Assembly: GCA_951406725.2 (NCBI GenBank)
Contig: OX597824.1
Location: 35,588,001 to 35,652,000 of the forward strand
Direction: 5' to 3'
DNA length: 64,000 bases
Source: Octopus vulgaris
Taxonomy: Eukaryota
Part shown: positions 10,850-25,072 of the stretch, in pieces
Position numbering within the stretch: the stretch's first letter is position 1
Layout: each line of letters opens with the position of its first letter
Notes under the pieces: generated by a model
The model's input: only the letters and a program-made list of their open reading frames with translations
Databases searched by the model: none
What the model was told of the DNA's origin: nothing
Made by a program: the position numbers and the translations under genes

Positions 10850-12030
10850 TATACATACGTGCAGATATTTGACCTCGGCGGTTTATCGGAAGTTGAACAA
10901 TCGATGATTTGGAAAAACGACATGTTTCTTGGGAAATTCTGTTTTAATTTGGGAGAAAAAAAAAACTTTTACGTAAACATTTCTTTTCTATTCTAAGCAC
11001 AAGGCCCGAAATTTTGGGGGAGGGGAAGTCGATTAGATCAATCCCAGTACGCAACTGGTAGTTAATTTATCGACCCCGAAAGGATGAAAGGCAAAGTCGA
11101 CGTCGGTGGAATTTGAACTCAGAACCTAAAGACGGGCGAAATACCGCTGTGCATTTCGTCCGGCGTGCTAACCTTTCTGCCAGCTCGCCACCATGATATT
11201 ATTTCTACTCTAGGCACAAGGGCTTGAAAAGTTTGGGTAAGGGCACTAGTCGATTACATCAACACCAGTACGCAACTGGTACTTAATTTATCGACCCCGA
11301 AACGATAATAGGTATAGTCGACCTCGGAGGAATTTGAACCCAGAACGTAAAGGCGGAGAAAATACCGCTAAGCATTTCGCCCGGCGTGCTAACGATTCCG
11401 CTTACTCGCCGACTTTATGGAAACATTTCTTAAGTCGCAACATGCCGTATGCAATGTCATGAGTGAACTAGCAATGAAAATTGTCAGGAAATGTCATCGA
11501 CTAAAGTCTATTTGAAATCTAGAAGACCTTCAGCAACAGTGAATGAGGGTCCCACTGCGAAAGTGCATGCTGACTGTATCAGTGGGGTTTCCGAAGGAGT
11601 AGGTATTTATAGTATTTGCCTCATGGTTTTAAAAGAATCATTGAAAGCGCATCGTGTTGCCGCAAAATTTCTGCTGTGTCTACCAACTGAGCTAAGAGCT
11701 GTTTTATAGTTCGGATGATGAGATCTTGCTGAAAAGTACCAGTCGATCATATTTGAAGGTGATGTTGATCGTCTTTTTTATAGGAGCCTTGTACGTCATA
11801 AGCTTGTTCTTCGTGGCTCAACGATCAGTGATGATATTTGCTTCTATATCCTCATTTGAGAGGAGTGTGAAGAGACTCCGAGGCAAAGAAACTAAGATAC
11901 TGCATCACAACAATACGCTAAGTCATGCATCACTCTTTATCTATGACCTTTTGACAAAGCCATACCCTCCGGGGCTGTCCCCATGGACTATTTATCGTTT
12001 TGAAATCCACACTGAATAGCGATCGAAGCA
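10850..12030 (+). pseudogene. Decayed mariner (Tc1/mariner) transposase, interrupted by two SINE A copies
   Basis: Ordered motif remnants: HRVAAKFL (cf. RRVAAKFVP), KVMLIVFF, LHHNNTLSH (cf. LHHDNAP.H), PYPPGLSP (cf. PYSPDLAP), LKSTL; many stops and frameshifts. Confidence 0.7.
10985..11412 (-). mobile_element. Two adjacent SINE A copies (short tail), about 10985-11192 and 11203-11412
   Basis: Both show tail, core and head (CCAGCTCGCC-like) in reverse orientation. Confidence 0.85.
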
Positions 12031-12298
12031 AATTCACTACGAGAATTGCACACTACGACTGTTATTGCTTTCCAAAAACTGGCACAAAGGTTAGGAACAA
12101 AATATTAATGATGGAGATAACTATTTTGATGGGAACAAATATGACTGGACTGTTGGTCAGGCAATATATTTATTACAACATTTAATTTTTCATCAAATAG
12201 AATTCGTCTATACATTAATTACTATTCCTTTTAAGCCAAAAAAAGAACTCAATACAGGCATGAAGTATAAATATTCATTCTGCTTAAATATTTTGTAC

Positions 12299-12708
12299 AG
12301 GCGCAGGAGTGACTGTGTGGTAAGTAGCTTGCTAACCAACCACATGGTTCCGGGTTCAGTCCCACTGCGTGGCATCTTGGGCAAGTGTTTTCTGCTATAG
12401 CCCCGGGCCGACCAATGCCTTGTGAGTGGATTTGGTAGACGGAAACTGAAAGAAGCCTGTCGTATATATGTATATATATATGTGTGTGTATGTGTTTGTA
12501 TGTCTGTGTTTGTCTTCCTAGCATTGCTTGACAACCGATGCTGGTGTGTTTACGTCCCCGTCACTTAGCGGTTCGGCAAAAGAGACCGACAGAATAAGTA
12601 CTGGGCTTACAAAGAATAAGTCCCGGGGTCGATTTGCTCGACTAAAGGCGGTGCTCCAGCATGGCCGCAGTCAGATGACTGAAACAAGTAAAAGAGTAAA
12701 GAGTAAAG
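12299..12708 (+). mobile_element. SINE family B, full length, low divergence
   Basis: GGCGCAGGAGTGACTGTGTGGTAAG head, GGGTTCAGTCCC B box, internal TA/TG tract, tail ending in GAGTAAA repeats. Confidence 0.9.
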
Positions 12709-12754
12709 AATTATACTGACTTTCGCCTTCAATTGTATTTAATTTCCTGCGAAT

Positions 12755-13030
12755 GTGTGACTTAGTGTAAGGTTGTGAGTTCGATTCCCGGTGATGCACT
12801 TTACCTCGCGTTGCTTTTAGTCCACTCAGCTGGTAAAATTGAGTTGTGCTTGTAATTCAAAAGGCCAGCTTTATCACATTCTGCGTCATGCTGAATCTAC
12901 CTGAGAACTACATTAAGGGTACACGTGTCTATGGAGTGCTCAGTCACTTGCACGTTAATTTCACGAGCAGGCTGTTCTGTTGGTTAAATCAACTAAAACT
13001 TCGTTGTCGTAACCGACGGAATGCCAGTCA
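12755..13030 (+). mobile_element. SINE family E
   Basis: Reverse-complement match to 3980-4268. Confidence 0.7.
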
Positions 13031-13674
13031 GTAAAATTTCATGTCGACAAACAAATATTGATAACTGTTTAATTGCCATATCTCCTCACGCATTCACACA
13101 TTATTCTGCTGACAAATTAAAACTATCCACTTTTATATGTTTCAAATCACAAAGACTGGCATTTTTACTAAGTTAATCGACTAAATGACTTTCTCTCACA
13201 CATACGCGGGCTACTCCACACAAACCCATTACCTTCCAAATAAAAGCAAATGGAAACAACACCCCACCCAATTCAGACAGCTAGACACAAGTAGGCATAA
13301 TGCACATATTTACATGGGATACAAGGTACAGAATACGGAATAAAGGCTACAAGATATGCAAAAGAAGTTATATAATAGTCTTATTGTAACAGCCGTTTCA
13401 GACAAACTATGGCTTATCCTATCACCACGTTCTTATATAGTAAAAATGTAGTTTCCTATAGATTTCTTAAGCGAAACCAATTCCTCCACATAGGAACTTG
13501 GGTTATTCCATACACCTAAAACTTCATGGGTTTTCACTAAATATGAACGTGATTACTGCATAAGCTTTGCTTAGCCCGAAACAGCTGTCAAGCTAAAACT
13601 AGTCTCGTTCTAATAGCCGAATTTTTACTCTTAATTGGATTTCAATTTCTCAGTTACCTGAGCACTACGCCGTT

Positions 13675-14517
<843 letters not shown>

Positions 14518-14659
14518 AACACCAGTATCTATTTAAGTCTGGTACTTATTCTATCGATCTCTATTGCTGAAGCGTTAAAATACATTTGTGCCGTCGTTAT
14601 AATAACAAAGTAGTTACGTAAGATTTTATCTCAGCCGTGGGCAGAAACAGCGAGAGCGA

Positions 14660-14698
14660 TCTGACTAGTTTCTAACCTTTTAAGCCCTTCATCAGAGA
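14660..14698 (-). ncRNA. Minimal type I hammerhead ribozyme-like motif (PLE-type)
   Basis: Minus strand TCT-CTGATGA-(16 nt weak stem II)-GAAA-CTAG-TC-AGA: intact core, palindromic stem III, GUC triplet, 3-bp stem I. Confidence 0.5.
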
Positions 14699-15430
14699 AA
14701 AAAAAAAATCCATTTTTTTTTCTGTCCACGGAGAGATTAGTATCAGGTAGCATTTTGATTATGGAGTTCATTACAAGCATATTGTGAAGTTTTTGTGCGA
14801 TATGGCTGTGTGTGTACACGTGCATATCAATATATCTGTTCTTCTTAATCCAAAAATCAATAGAGATCACTTAAAATTATAGCCGCGAATGATATCAGAG
14901 AAATCCGGAATAAATTTGTAAAGGTGTGCTTCCTTCCAATTATGACTCCAACATCAGATTTTGGCTACATTTCTTTCATTAGTGGCCGGGTGTCATGTTT
15001 CTACATAAGCGAACAACGTGTTTGTCATGCGTCGTATTTGTCGTATTCTATAATAAAGCTTTATGCACGTCAGCGTGTGAATCTCCGAGTACAACATTAT
15101 GAGTGTGCGCGCGATTACTATTTACCTTGTTCTTTACATGCTATACCTGTTTGTGTGTTAATGTATTTGTACGCATTCAGGTCTCTGTTAATATGGTTGG
15201 TCAACGGTTCATTTTGATAATACAGTACAACGGATATTGCATTCACTCTTTATAATCGACACAAGTTGTGACTATGTGTGAATCAGACCGTTTGCGTGCG
15301 TGTGTATGTAAGTGTGAATTAGACTGCGTGTGCATGCGTGTATATGAGGAAGGAGAATGAATGAATGAGTGAATGAATGCATGTTTGTAGTTGTTGTGTA
15401 GCTGGTTCCGTTCTCGCTGCCTCCTCCCTA

Positions 15431-15467
<37 letters not shown>

Positions 15468-16464
15468 TCAGTGTGAGAACAATCCGTCCTCGCTCTCCAG
15501 CTCAGTGAAAACCCCACCACCACCACTAGCATCACCACCACCACCACCGCTACCTTGAGGCTGTTTGTACTGCTGAATTGAATTCCACGTGCCTTTGAAT
15601 GAGAAGCAAAAAAGAGGGTGTGGGGCTGAAGAATGAGGACATGACAGGAAAGGAACAAAGCGACAGGTGAGGGAGGTCGGATGAGGTCACCCTAAAATCT
15701 CTCTACTGCCTTCTGCTGCTGCTGCTGTTGTTGTTAGTATTTACTTTATTTATTTATTTATATTTTCTCTTTTCGTCATTGTTTTTCTTTTCATTTCTTT
15801 TTCTGTTTTTATTGCTACCATTTCTGTCCCGATTCAGAAAGACAAAAGTAAGCGAAATGCTACGAATGTCTCTTTACTCTCTCTCCACCTCCATATGTCA
15901 CCTGCTTGCCCCTGCCCCCACTATCACCACCACCACCAACATAACGTCTGACAATATCATCCACTATCGTCTCTCCTACGTCTCTCCTACCGCGTCATCA
16001 CCATCGACAATGTCTTTCACTCATCGACCTAACCGCTCAATGTTCTAGAAATAGCAACCATATATCCACCAAATTACCGTACGTTTTTTCAAATAAACAA
16101 TACACTGTGGCCCGTCTGAGAAATGAGCCCCGCGAGGTGGGGCAGCTGCTCCAGCGAGTGTCGCGGGCCGTTCTCTTCGGCAATACCTTTGCAATCATGT
16201 CTGAGAGGCGCTGCTGAACACGGTTTGGGGTGCATAGCCCGTTACTCCCTTCCCCCACAGATCTTCTACAGCTTAACTCTACCCCCAATATTTTTTCTTT
16301 TTCTTCGTTTCTTTGGTGAGGTACTTGAGGGTTGTGCTTTTTCTCAATAATTTGATCTATACCTTTAATGATTTTTTTTTTTAAACAACGCATTGTACAA
16401 CGATTTACCCCCAAAATGGAATGGTCTCGTCTGCAATACTCAATCAGGAGTAACATGGAGCTAA

Positions 16465-16635
16465 ATACACATTCCTTTACTACCCACAAGGGGACAAACA
16501 AGGACAGAAAAAACGGATTAAGTCGATTACATCTACCCCAGTGCGTAACTGGTACTTAATTTATCGACCCCGAAAAGATGAAAGGCAAAGTCGACCTCGG
16601 CGGAATTTGAACTCAGGACGTAACGGCAGACGAAC
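16465..16635 (-). mobile_element. SINE A (long tail), headless unit
   Basis: Matches family A from TTCGTCTGCCG to the tail. Confidence 0.8.
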
Positions 16636-16774
16636 ATCTTTTCGGTGATTTTTATAAATTCATAACTTTTTTAAACAGAATTTGCTTGATGTATACTGTC
16701 GGGGAAATCGTCGGTGTGGGAGTAATCAGTGTGATTAAGCTAACCTTATTTGTCAAATTTTGTACAGTACAGTG

Positions 16775-17430
16775 AATGTGCGTGACTTTGTGATTAGGAT
16801 ATCGTCTCAAGATCGTAAAGTCTTGCACTCGAATCCCAGCGGCGCCTTGAATTCTTGAGAAAGACTCTTTATTTCACGTTGATCCAGTCCACTCAACTGG
16901 CAAATATGAGTTGTACCTGTATTTCAAAGAGCCACCCCTGTCACATTCTGTGTCACACTGAAGCCTCCTTTTTACACTTTTACTCTCTTACTGGTTTCAG
17001 TCATCTGACTGCGGCCATGCTGGAGTACCGCCTTTAGTCGAGCAAATCGATCCCAGGACTTATGTTCACGCAATTTTATTAGTATTATCACGCGTTTGAG
17101 AATATAAAATTTACTTCTGTATATTATATATATATATAGGGCTGGCTACGTGGTGGGAAGTTTGTTTCCCAACAGCACATTCAGTTTCATTGTATGGTAC
17201 CTTGGCCAAGTGTCTTCCACTGAAGCCTCGGAACAGACGGAAACTGTGTCTGTTTTCCCCCCAGCACTTGACAACCGGTGTAACTCTAGCTGTTCGGCAA
17301 AAGAGACCGATAGGATATGTACTAGGCTTTAAAATGGAATAGGTACTGGGGTCGATTCGCTCGACTAAAACTCTGGAAGGCGGTGTCCCAGGATGGCCGC
17401 TGTCTAATGACTGAAACAAGTAAAAGTTAT
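16775..17430. mobile_element. Cluster of SINE fragments: E/C head (+), B tail (-) 16972-17062, decayed B (+) 17140-17428
   Basis: Motif matches to intact copies elsewhere in the window. Confidence 0.65.
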
Positions 17431-17535
17431 ACACACACATATCAACAGCACCTATCTCACATCAGTAACACGTTTGCTAGCACAGTAGAAAGCGATCAGC
17501 TGAACCATTTTATTGTTCTGGTGGACCACTAACTA

Positions 17536-17953
17536 CCTATTTCTTTACTACCCACAAGGGGCTAAACACAGAGAGGACAAACAAGGACAGACAAACGGAT
17601 TAAGTCGACTACATCGACCCCAGTGCGTAACAGTTACTTATTTAATCGACCCCGAAAGGATGAAAGGCAAAAATCGACCTCGGCGGAATTTGAACTCAGA
17701 CCGTAGCGGCAGACGAAATACCTATTTCTTTACTATCCACAAGGGGCTAAACACAGAGAGGACAAACAAGGACAGACAAACGGATTAAGTCGACTATATC
17801 GACCCCAGTGCGTAACTGGTACTTAATTTATCGACCCCGAAAGGATGAAAGGCAAAATCGACGTCGGCGGAATTTGAACTCAGAACGTAGCGGCAGACGA
17901 AATACCACTAAGCATTTCGCCCAGCGTGCTAACGTTTCTACCAGCTTGCCGCT
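17536..17953 (-). mobile_element. SINE A dimer (head + two bodies) with 17-bp TSD
   Basis: GTGGACCACTAACTACC at 17521-17537 and 17956-17972; internal junction at about 17720. Confidence 0.88.
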
Positions 17954-19930
17954 TTGTGGACCACTAACTACCATTAGCACAATATGGCCACGTTGACGGT
18001 GTATGATATACAGTCAAGCTTTCAGCTATTATCGACTGGCTTTGAAAGACGAGTTGAAGAAATAAGCCGTGGTAAAGTAAAGATATTTTTTAGTTTCGTG
18101 GCATATACCCAGGCGTTCGGCCCCTTCCACCGTGATTGTTATACATACTTTACGTTGGTTCCTTTTCAGCTTGCCTGAAAACTTCGTTAATTTTTACTCT
18201 CTTCCATACCACCGCCTTTATATCATTAAACATGTCTGCATGTCGAGGTATATTATGATTGGTATTTAATTCTCACTGCTATTCCTTAGGACTCAAGTCT
18301 AGTTATTTATTACCCCCGTAACGTGGTGGCAATGGAAATCTTTCCTTCACGTCCAAAATAGAAAACCGCTTGGAGTAGATTTTACTTTTTTATTTCACGT
18401 CAAATGATCACATTGTTTTATTATTCTTTTTTTATCAACCTTTTTCTTTTCTTTTCTCGTTCTTTAGAGTTTTCTCTCGAGATAAACTTTAGTACATTCA
18501 TTTCAATAACCGTTTTAGATTACAAGAATATCTAATTTTGACGTCTACGAAGTTCCTGCCAAAATCTTACCATCTTTTAGCGTTAGGTATTCTTTAAGCA
18601 GCTCAACTTAATTTCTAACATAAAATAAAAAAAGAAAATAGTTACAAACGCACGAAATTCCCCAACATTTACGCCTGTTTCGGACGTCTAGTGTTATATA
18701 AATGTGTGTAAGAACGGAGGGGGGAATATAACCCATGTTGAGAAATTTTTTTTTTAAGCATTTCTGTGTAACTCGTAATATTTTGTTAATTAAATATACG
18801 ATATTTAATCCATAATGTTAGGCTTGTCTTTCATTAAGGGTGATACATTTTAAGACTCGAGTAAAATTGAGACGAGATTTGTAGCCTTGTGCTCTGTAAG
18901 TAAATGTAATGAAGATTTGTGCTGTATAAGTGCTCTATATGTACGTGTGTTAGTGCTGTATCTGTTAGCGCTGTATACGGTAGTACAGTATTGTTGGCAA
19001 TATTTTATGTTATGATGCGCATTAAGTTATTGTTTTATTTGATTTCGTTGTAGAAATCATTCCAATTATCACTGATAAACTTTGCTCTTGATTTTGTTTT
19101 CTCATAACTCTCTTGAAAATGACATTTTGCAGAAACACATTTTCGAGAGTGGAGGCTATGTAAAGTTGATGTTTTAAACATAAAAATCTGAAAAATTTGT
19201 GGTGAATGCTAAAGTTACGGAAATTGGTGATAATAAAGTCGGGTGGGCATGAACAGAGTAATCACAAACTGATCCTCGAAATATATTTTTTCTAAATTTT
19301 ATCAACGTAATCAATCTACACGCATGAAAACAAATTCTACAAAATTTCATTAAAAAATATTCATTTTATAGGAAGTAACTAGGAAGTATTTTTTTAAAAT
19401 AGACAGCTGTATGTTATGTTAGTTTCTTTTTTGTCGAATTGCTTGTATGTGTGTGTGCACATGCTGGTGTGTTTGTGAACACAGTCTTCCATAATCTCAA
19501 ATCAACACAATGTTTTGTTTTCGATTCTTTTTTGTGTTTTTGAATATAAAAGGTATGAAATTATGTAAAAATATTCTCGTAAAATCTACAAAATTTCTAG
19601 TTGCATCATCCACTGCAAATATAATTCTTTCACTTTCCTCAATCTACGTTTGACATTTTCGACTATTTTTTTCTCCACCTGTCGCTTCAGTCTCTCTCTC
19701 TCAAACGTGACCTCCAACTACAACATGTAGCCTTTTATTATGTGATTCTCTATTTGTCGAGCCGCTAGAGCGCATATTTTTACACAAGTTTCGTGATTTT
19801 CAGAAAATGAGTGACGCCGATATTACATTTATATGCGTTTGTTTTTAAATAACTGGATGACGATTCTACTTAGTTTTCGTTGCCTGTTACCAGTTTCCTG
19901 ATATATGCAGCTATAAAGCACACACACAGA

Positions 19931-20160
19931 GGCGGCGAGCTGGCAGAACCGTTAGCACGTCGGGCGAAATGCTTAGTGGTATTTCGTCTGCCGTTACGTT
20001 CTGAGCTCAAATTCCGCCGAGGTCAACTTTGCCTTTCATCCTTTCGGGGTCGATAAATTAAGGATCAGTTACGCACTGGGGTCAATATAATCGACTTAAT
20101 TCGTTTGTCTGTCCTTGTTTGTCCCCTCTGTGTTTAGCCCCTTGTGGGTAGTAAAGAAAC
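19931..20160 (+). mobile_element. SINE A (long tail), full length with TSD
   Basis: GGCGGCGAGCTGGCAGAA head; TATAAAGCACACACA on both flanks. Confidence 0.9.
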
Positions 20161-20419
20161 ATATAAAGCACACACAAACAAACAAATGGAACCACGCCTA
20201 CACAAACGCAGACACACACATGAATTCTGGTAGTTTTACTAGTTACGGGAAATTACCTGCAACCGCTGATCGAAAACATAGGCAACATTCAGCTTGCACT
20301 TTGTTGGTCACGATGACGAACATTCTAGTTGATCCGATCAACGGAACAACCTGTTCAGGAAATTAATGCGTAAAGCGACTGAATACTCCATTGACATGCA
20401 TACTCTTAAACATATTTAT

Positions 20420-20812
20420 CAGGTGCAGGAGTAGCTGTTTGGTAAGTAACTTGCCTACGAACCGCATGGTTCCGGGTTCAGTCCCACTGTGTGGCATCTT
20501 GGGCAAGTGTCTTCTGCTATAGACCCGGGCCGGTTAAAGCCGCGTGAGTGGATTTGGTAGACGGAAACTGAAAGAAGCCCGTCATATATATGTATATGTA
20601 TGTGTTTGTGTGTCTGTGTTTGTCCCCCTAGCATTGCTTGACAACCGATGCTGGTGTGTTTACGTCCCTGTCACTTAGCGGTTCGGCAAAAGAGACCGAT
20701 AGAATAAGTACTGGGCTTACAAAGAATAAGTCCCGGGGTCGATTTGCTCGGCTAAAGGCGGTGCTCCAGCATGGCCGCAGTCAAATGACTGAAACAAGTA
20801 AAAGACTAAGAG
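20420..20812 (+). mobile_element. SINE family B, full length
   Basis: Collinear with 12299-12708. Confidence 0.9.
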
Positions 20813-21018
20813 TACATTGCAGAAAAGTAAATTACCGGCGAGCCATGAGACTCAAACTCACATCTCTGTGATTATGCGTCAAGCGCTTTACCATTAAGCT
20901 AAACTGTCCAGTAACGAATTCTTCTGCAATTTTAGAACTTATAAATTATAACTTATAAGACTAACGTTAAATTCAACTTACAATGAAAATAAACAAAGCT
21001 TGTTTTTAGGAACGTTGA

Positions 21019-21054
<36 letters not shown>

Positions 21055-21740
21055 AATACATACTCGATTGGCACATCACTTTATCGATCGGGAGGGAGTG
21101 AAAGATAAAATATTTTGACTTCAATAGAATTGAACCCAGAAAATAAAGGGTAGTAAGAAACCATTTTGTCCGACGCGTTAATAATTCTGCCGATCCACTT
21201 CAAATAATTGTTTATGATTTAGATAGAAGGTCATTAATTTTTGAGAGGAGGTAATTTATCGATACTACCGACCCAATACTTCCCTGTTCCTTTCTTTTAT
21301 CAATACTGAAATGAAATGGTGAAAGGTAAAGCTTACTTCAGCTACATTTGAAATTGGAATTTAAATGAGCCGGAACAAATTCTGTGAGACATATTTCCCT
21401 CCAAGCTAAAGGTTCTGCCAATTCTCCCTTCTACAGAAGAATAAATCATAATTAAAAAAAAAAAGAAAAGAAAGAATTGACTATGATAAATGTACCCCTA
21501 TTTCGCCCTAAGTACGGATCTTCGGGAATTAATTGAAAGTTAGAAATTCAGTCTATGTAGGCACAGGTATGACAAGGATGGTTAAGAAGATCGTTTTGCA
21601 GCCATGTAGTTTCGGGTTCAGTTTCATCGCGCGGACACCTCAACCAGACAACTGTCTTCTACTGGGCCGACTAATGACTTGTAAGTGAATTTTGCTGGCG
21701 GAGGCTATGTGGAAGCTCTCAGTACATATAAGAACACTCA

Positions 21741-21799
<59 letters not shown>

Positions 21800-22009
21800 A
21801 CACATATATACGGTAATATCGGAAATTACTTCCCATGATCTGTATATTTATTTATCCCAGTATCCGGTAGAGTCTCATGTGTCGTCGTGTATTTGTATCT
21901 AAGATGGAGACGAATATCAACGTTTCCATGTAATAGGCTTGGTAAATGTTGAGAGATTTCTTTCTATATGAAATCATTGGCCTTGCTAACCCACAAATAA
22001 AAAGTTCAT

Positions 22010-22072
22010 CGGAAAATTTGACAAAGCTATAACAAACGGAAAATTTGACAAAATCATAACAAACGGAAAATT
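22010..22072. repeat. 27-bp tandem repeat CGGAAAATTTGACAAA..TATAACAAA x2.3
   Basis: Direct reading. Confidence 0.85.
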
Positions 22073-23614
22073 CGTAGCTCATTCCTCATTAGTCAACTTT
22101 CGAGAAATCATAACGATTTCGGCTCTTATAGTTAAAGTTACTTTTATCCTACCTGAATTTAATTCATTATTGTTGTGTTTTCTGGTCCCAGGTTACTCCG
22201 ATCAAGTAAGCCTGTGATCAGAAGCGTTCCATTTGTAACTATCAGACTGGTCATATTGTATCGATCTCGACATTATTCTATGTGCTCTTCCTTTAAGGGG
22301 GATTTGACTATTTCGTATCAGGTGAGAAAACTGCGTTAAGGCTCTTTCGCTTGATTGTGGATTGGACAAAGTTAATAAATCAGAGGTGGACATTCTTGTA
22401 GAACCAAAGTGCCGCATAAACACAGATATTTTGTTTCTCTTTAAAATATTGCCTTCACTATTGAGTTAAAAATTACTGCAGGTTCCATTGTCTGTCTTTT
22501 ATGCGAATCTAGCCTTTTTTCTTCTATATTTATATGGTATATAAGTTTCAGACTGGTGGTTAGTGTGTGTGTGAGTGAGTGTGTGCGTGCGCACGTCTGA
22601 AGCACCAAAATGTACAGACGTCAAAACAACTGAATATCCAGTCGTTCGTGCCAAATCGCCAGCGTCCAAACAGCTGCGCCCATTTGTCTCATTCCGATCA
22701 AATGCTGGACTCATTACTCCATCAAGGGTGGAAACTGTTGGATTTTCAAACAGAACCATTTCAAACAACTACTGTTGGGTCATCAAAGATTAGACAATAG
22801 ATAAATTTATCATCTAAAAATGCATTGGCAAAAAAATGTCGGGCTGTCTTATTCTAGGCTGTAAAAAACATTCAACTGTTAAAATGTGAAATGAATTCTT
22901 TGTTGTAATCTTTTTGAGGTTATTCGAACCTTTGATAATTTTTAATCGATAATTCTTTATTGTTGTTAAAACAATAACATAAAAACATTTTATATCCATT
23001 TTTTTATATTTCTTTTCAAAAAGAGAAATGACACATCACATAAGTAGTTCTAGATAGAAAGATTTGAAACAAGGCAGAAAAGTCTTGAAGTCTTCAGATC
23101 GTAGATTCACTGGAGCCATTTTGGTCTGAAACTATACAACTACAACAATAACAACAGCTACAATGTCGAACACAGACTCCATCAAATACACACACACACA
23201 CACATACACACAAATAATATCGTCTCGATATTTATTTCATGTGCATATATCTTTTTCTTTTCTTTTTTTTTAATTAACATATTTAACTGTTTCATTACTT
23301 GAGAATCAATTTTGCATCACTTCTTTGCACTCGCAAAATGTGAATCTTTCACTTCATCGATGATAAAAAGAAAACGAAAAATGGCGTCTGATCTTTAAAC
23401 ACTAAAGATGTGATCAATGGCTGCAATGGTTGATGTGTATGCATGTATGTATGTATGTTTCTTTGTTTGTTTGTATACATGCATGTACGTACGCACATAT
23501 ATATATAATATAAATATATACATATATATATAATATAAATAATATATAAATATATACATATATACATACATATATGTATATACCCATACATATATGTATA
23601 TATACAAGCATATA

Positions 23615-23955
23615 TGGGTACAGGGCATCTAAAAAAAATGTTGAACACAATGAGAATGAAAACATAAAAACAAAAGCATAGAAACGGATTTTTTTTGGGG
23701 GGTGGAATATCGAAAAAAAAAATCAAACAGAGAAACGAGACACGCAACATAAAGAATATTCCACTCCTTCAGTTGTCCCTGTTTGATCTACTCCGCGTTT
23801 TCGAAGGCAAGGACAATACGCGACTTCGTTGAAACAATCCTTTCCGCAAAGCAAATTAAATAAAATTTGGGATTTTTTGCAGAGGATGAAAGTGGTAGCA
23901 AGAACAGGACAGTGAGAACGAAACAGTAAAAACAAACGGTGAGGGCTGGTAAGTC
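23615..23955. mobile_element. Unclassified interspersed repeat in microsatellite context
   Basis: Start ATATGGGTACAGG...TGAACA(C)AA recurs at about 44008-44043 in the same microsatellite setting. Confidence 0.45.
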
Positions 23956-23996
23956 AAGAGGATAGAAAAATTATTATGAACGCTAGGAAGACGAGC

Positions 23997-24117
<121 letters not shown>

Positions 24118-24442
24118 CATATATATATTTGATGTTGTTGTTGCCGTTGATAGCGTCTCGAAAAAATGTTTGACAGCATGCCAACTTAGTTCTGAGTTTA
24201 AATTCCGCCGAGGTGAACTTTTCCTTTCATCCTTTCGAGTTCATAAAAGAAGTACCAGTTAAGTAATGGAGTTAACGTAATTGACTATCCACCCCCAGAT
24301 CATTGGCTTTGAGACTATAGAAACCATGTTTGTTACTGTTGTTGATGATACTGAACTCAAGATCAAACCGGATCAAGCCCATCTGCGGTCAGAGATGTTC
24401 CATCTATGACTGCCCCGGTATTTAATAAGCTACTATTTCAAA

Positions 24443-24680
24443 GCGGCGTGTTGGCAGAATCGTTAGCATGCCAGGCGAAATGCTTAGTGATATTTCGTCT
24501 GCCGTTACGTTCTGAGTTCAAATTCCGCCGAGGTCGACTTTGCCTTTCATCCTTTCGGGGTCGATTAAATAAGTACCAGTTACGCACTGGGGTCGATATA
24601 ATCGACTTAATCCGTTTGTTTGTCCTTGTTTATGCTCTCTGTGTTTTAGCCCCTTGTGGGTAGTAAAGAAATAGGTATTT
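24443..24680 (+). mobile_element. SINE A (long tail), full length
   Basis: Head, core and tail ending AAGAAATAGGTATTT. Confidence 0.88.
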
Positions 24681-24764
24681 AATCAGCTACAATGTATCCA
24701 AGGTTACCAAATGTGTCGCAGATTTTTATTGGTCAAAGGTAGTCATTTGATTGAATAATTTTTT

Positions 24765-25072
24765 ACTCCTTTACTTGTTTCAGTCATTTGACTGCAGTCA
24801 CTCTGAAGCCACCGACTTGAAGGGTTTTAGTCAAAAAAACCGACTCCGTGATTTTTTTTTAAGCCGAGTACTTATTTTACTGGTCTCGCCAACACCGGTT
24901 GTCAGGCGGTGACACAAAGACACACATGCACGCGCACACACACATACGACGAGCTTCTTTTCAGTTTCCATTTCCATTCACAAGCCTTCTGTCAGCTCGA
25001 GGCTATAGTAGAAAGCACTTTCCCCAGGTGTCACGCTGTGGGACTGAACCCGGAACGATGTGGTTGGGAAGT
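24765..25072 (-). mobile_element. SINE family B, diverged and internally deleted
   Basis: TTACTTGTTTCAGTCATTTGACTGC ... GGGACTGAACCCGGAAC. Confidence 0.75.

Noticed and set aside
12528-12719. Recurring peptides such as MTTDAGVFTS... and MRNWYLIYRPRKDER...
   Set aside because: Translations of SINE B and SINE A sequence, not a gene family.
19931-20010. tRNA genes at SINE heads
   Set aside because: A/B boxes continue into SINE bodies; no complete cloverleaf with terminator.
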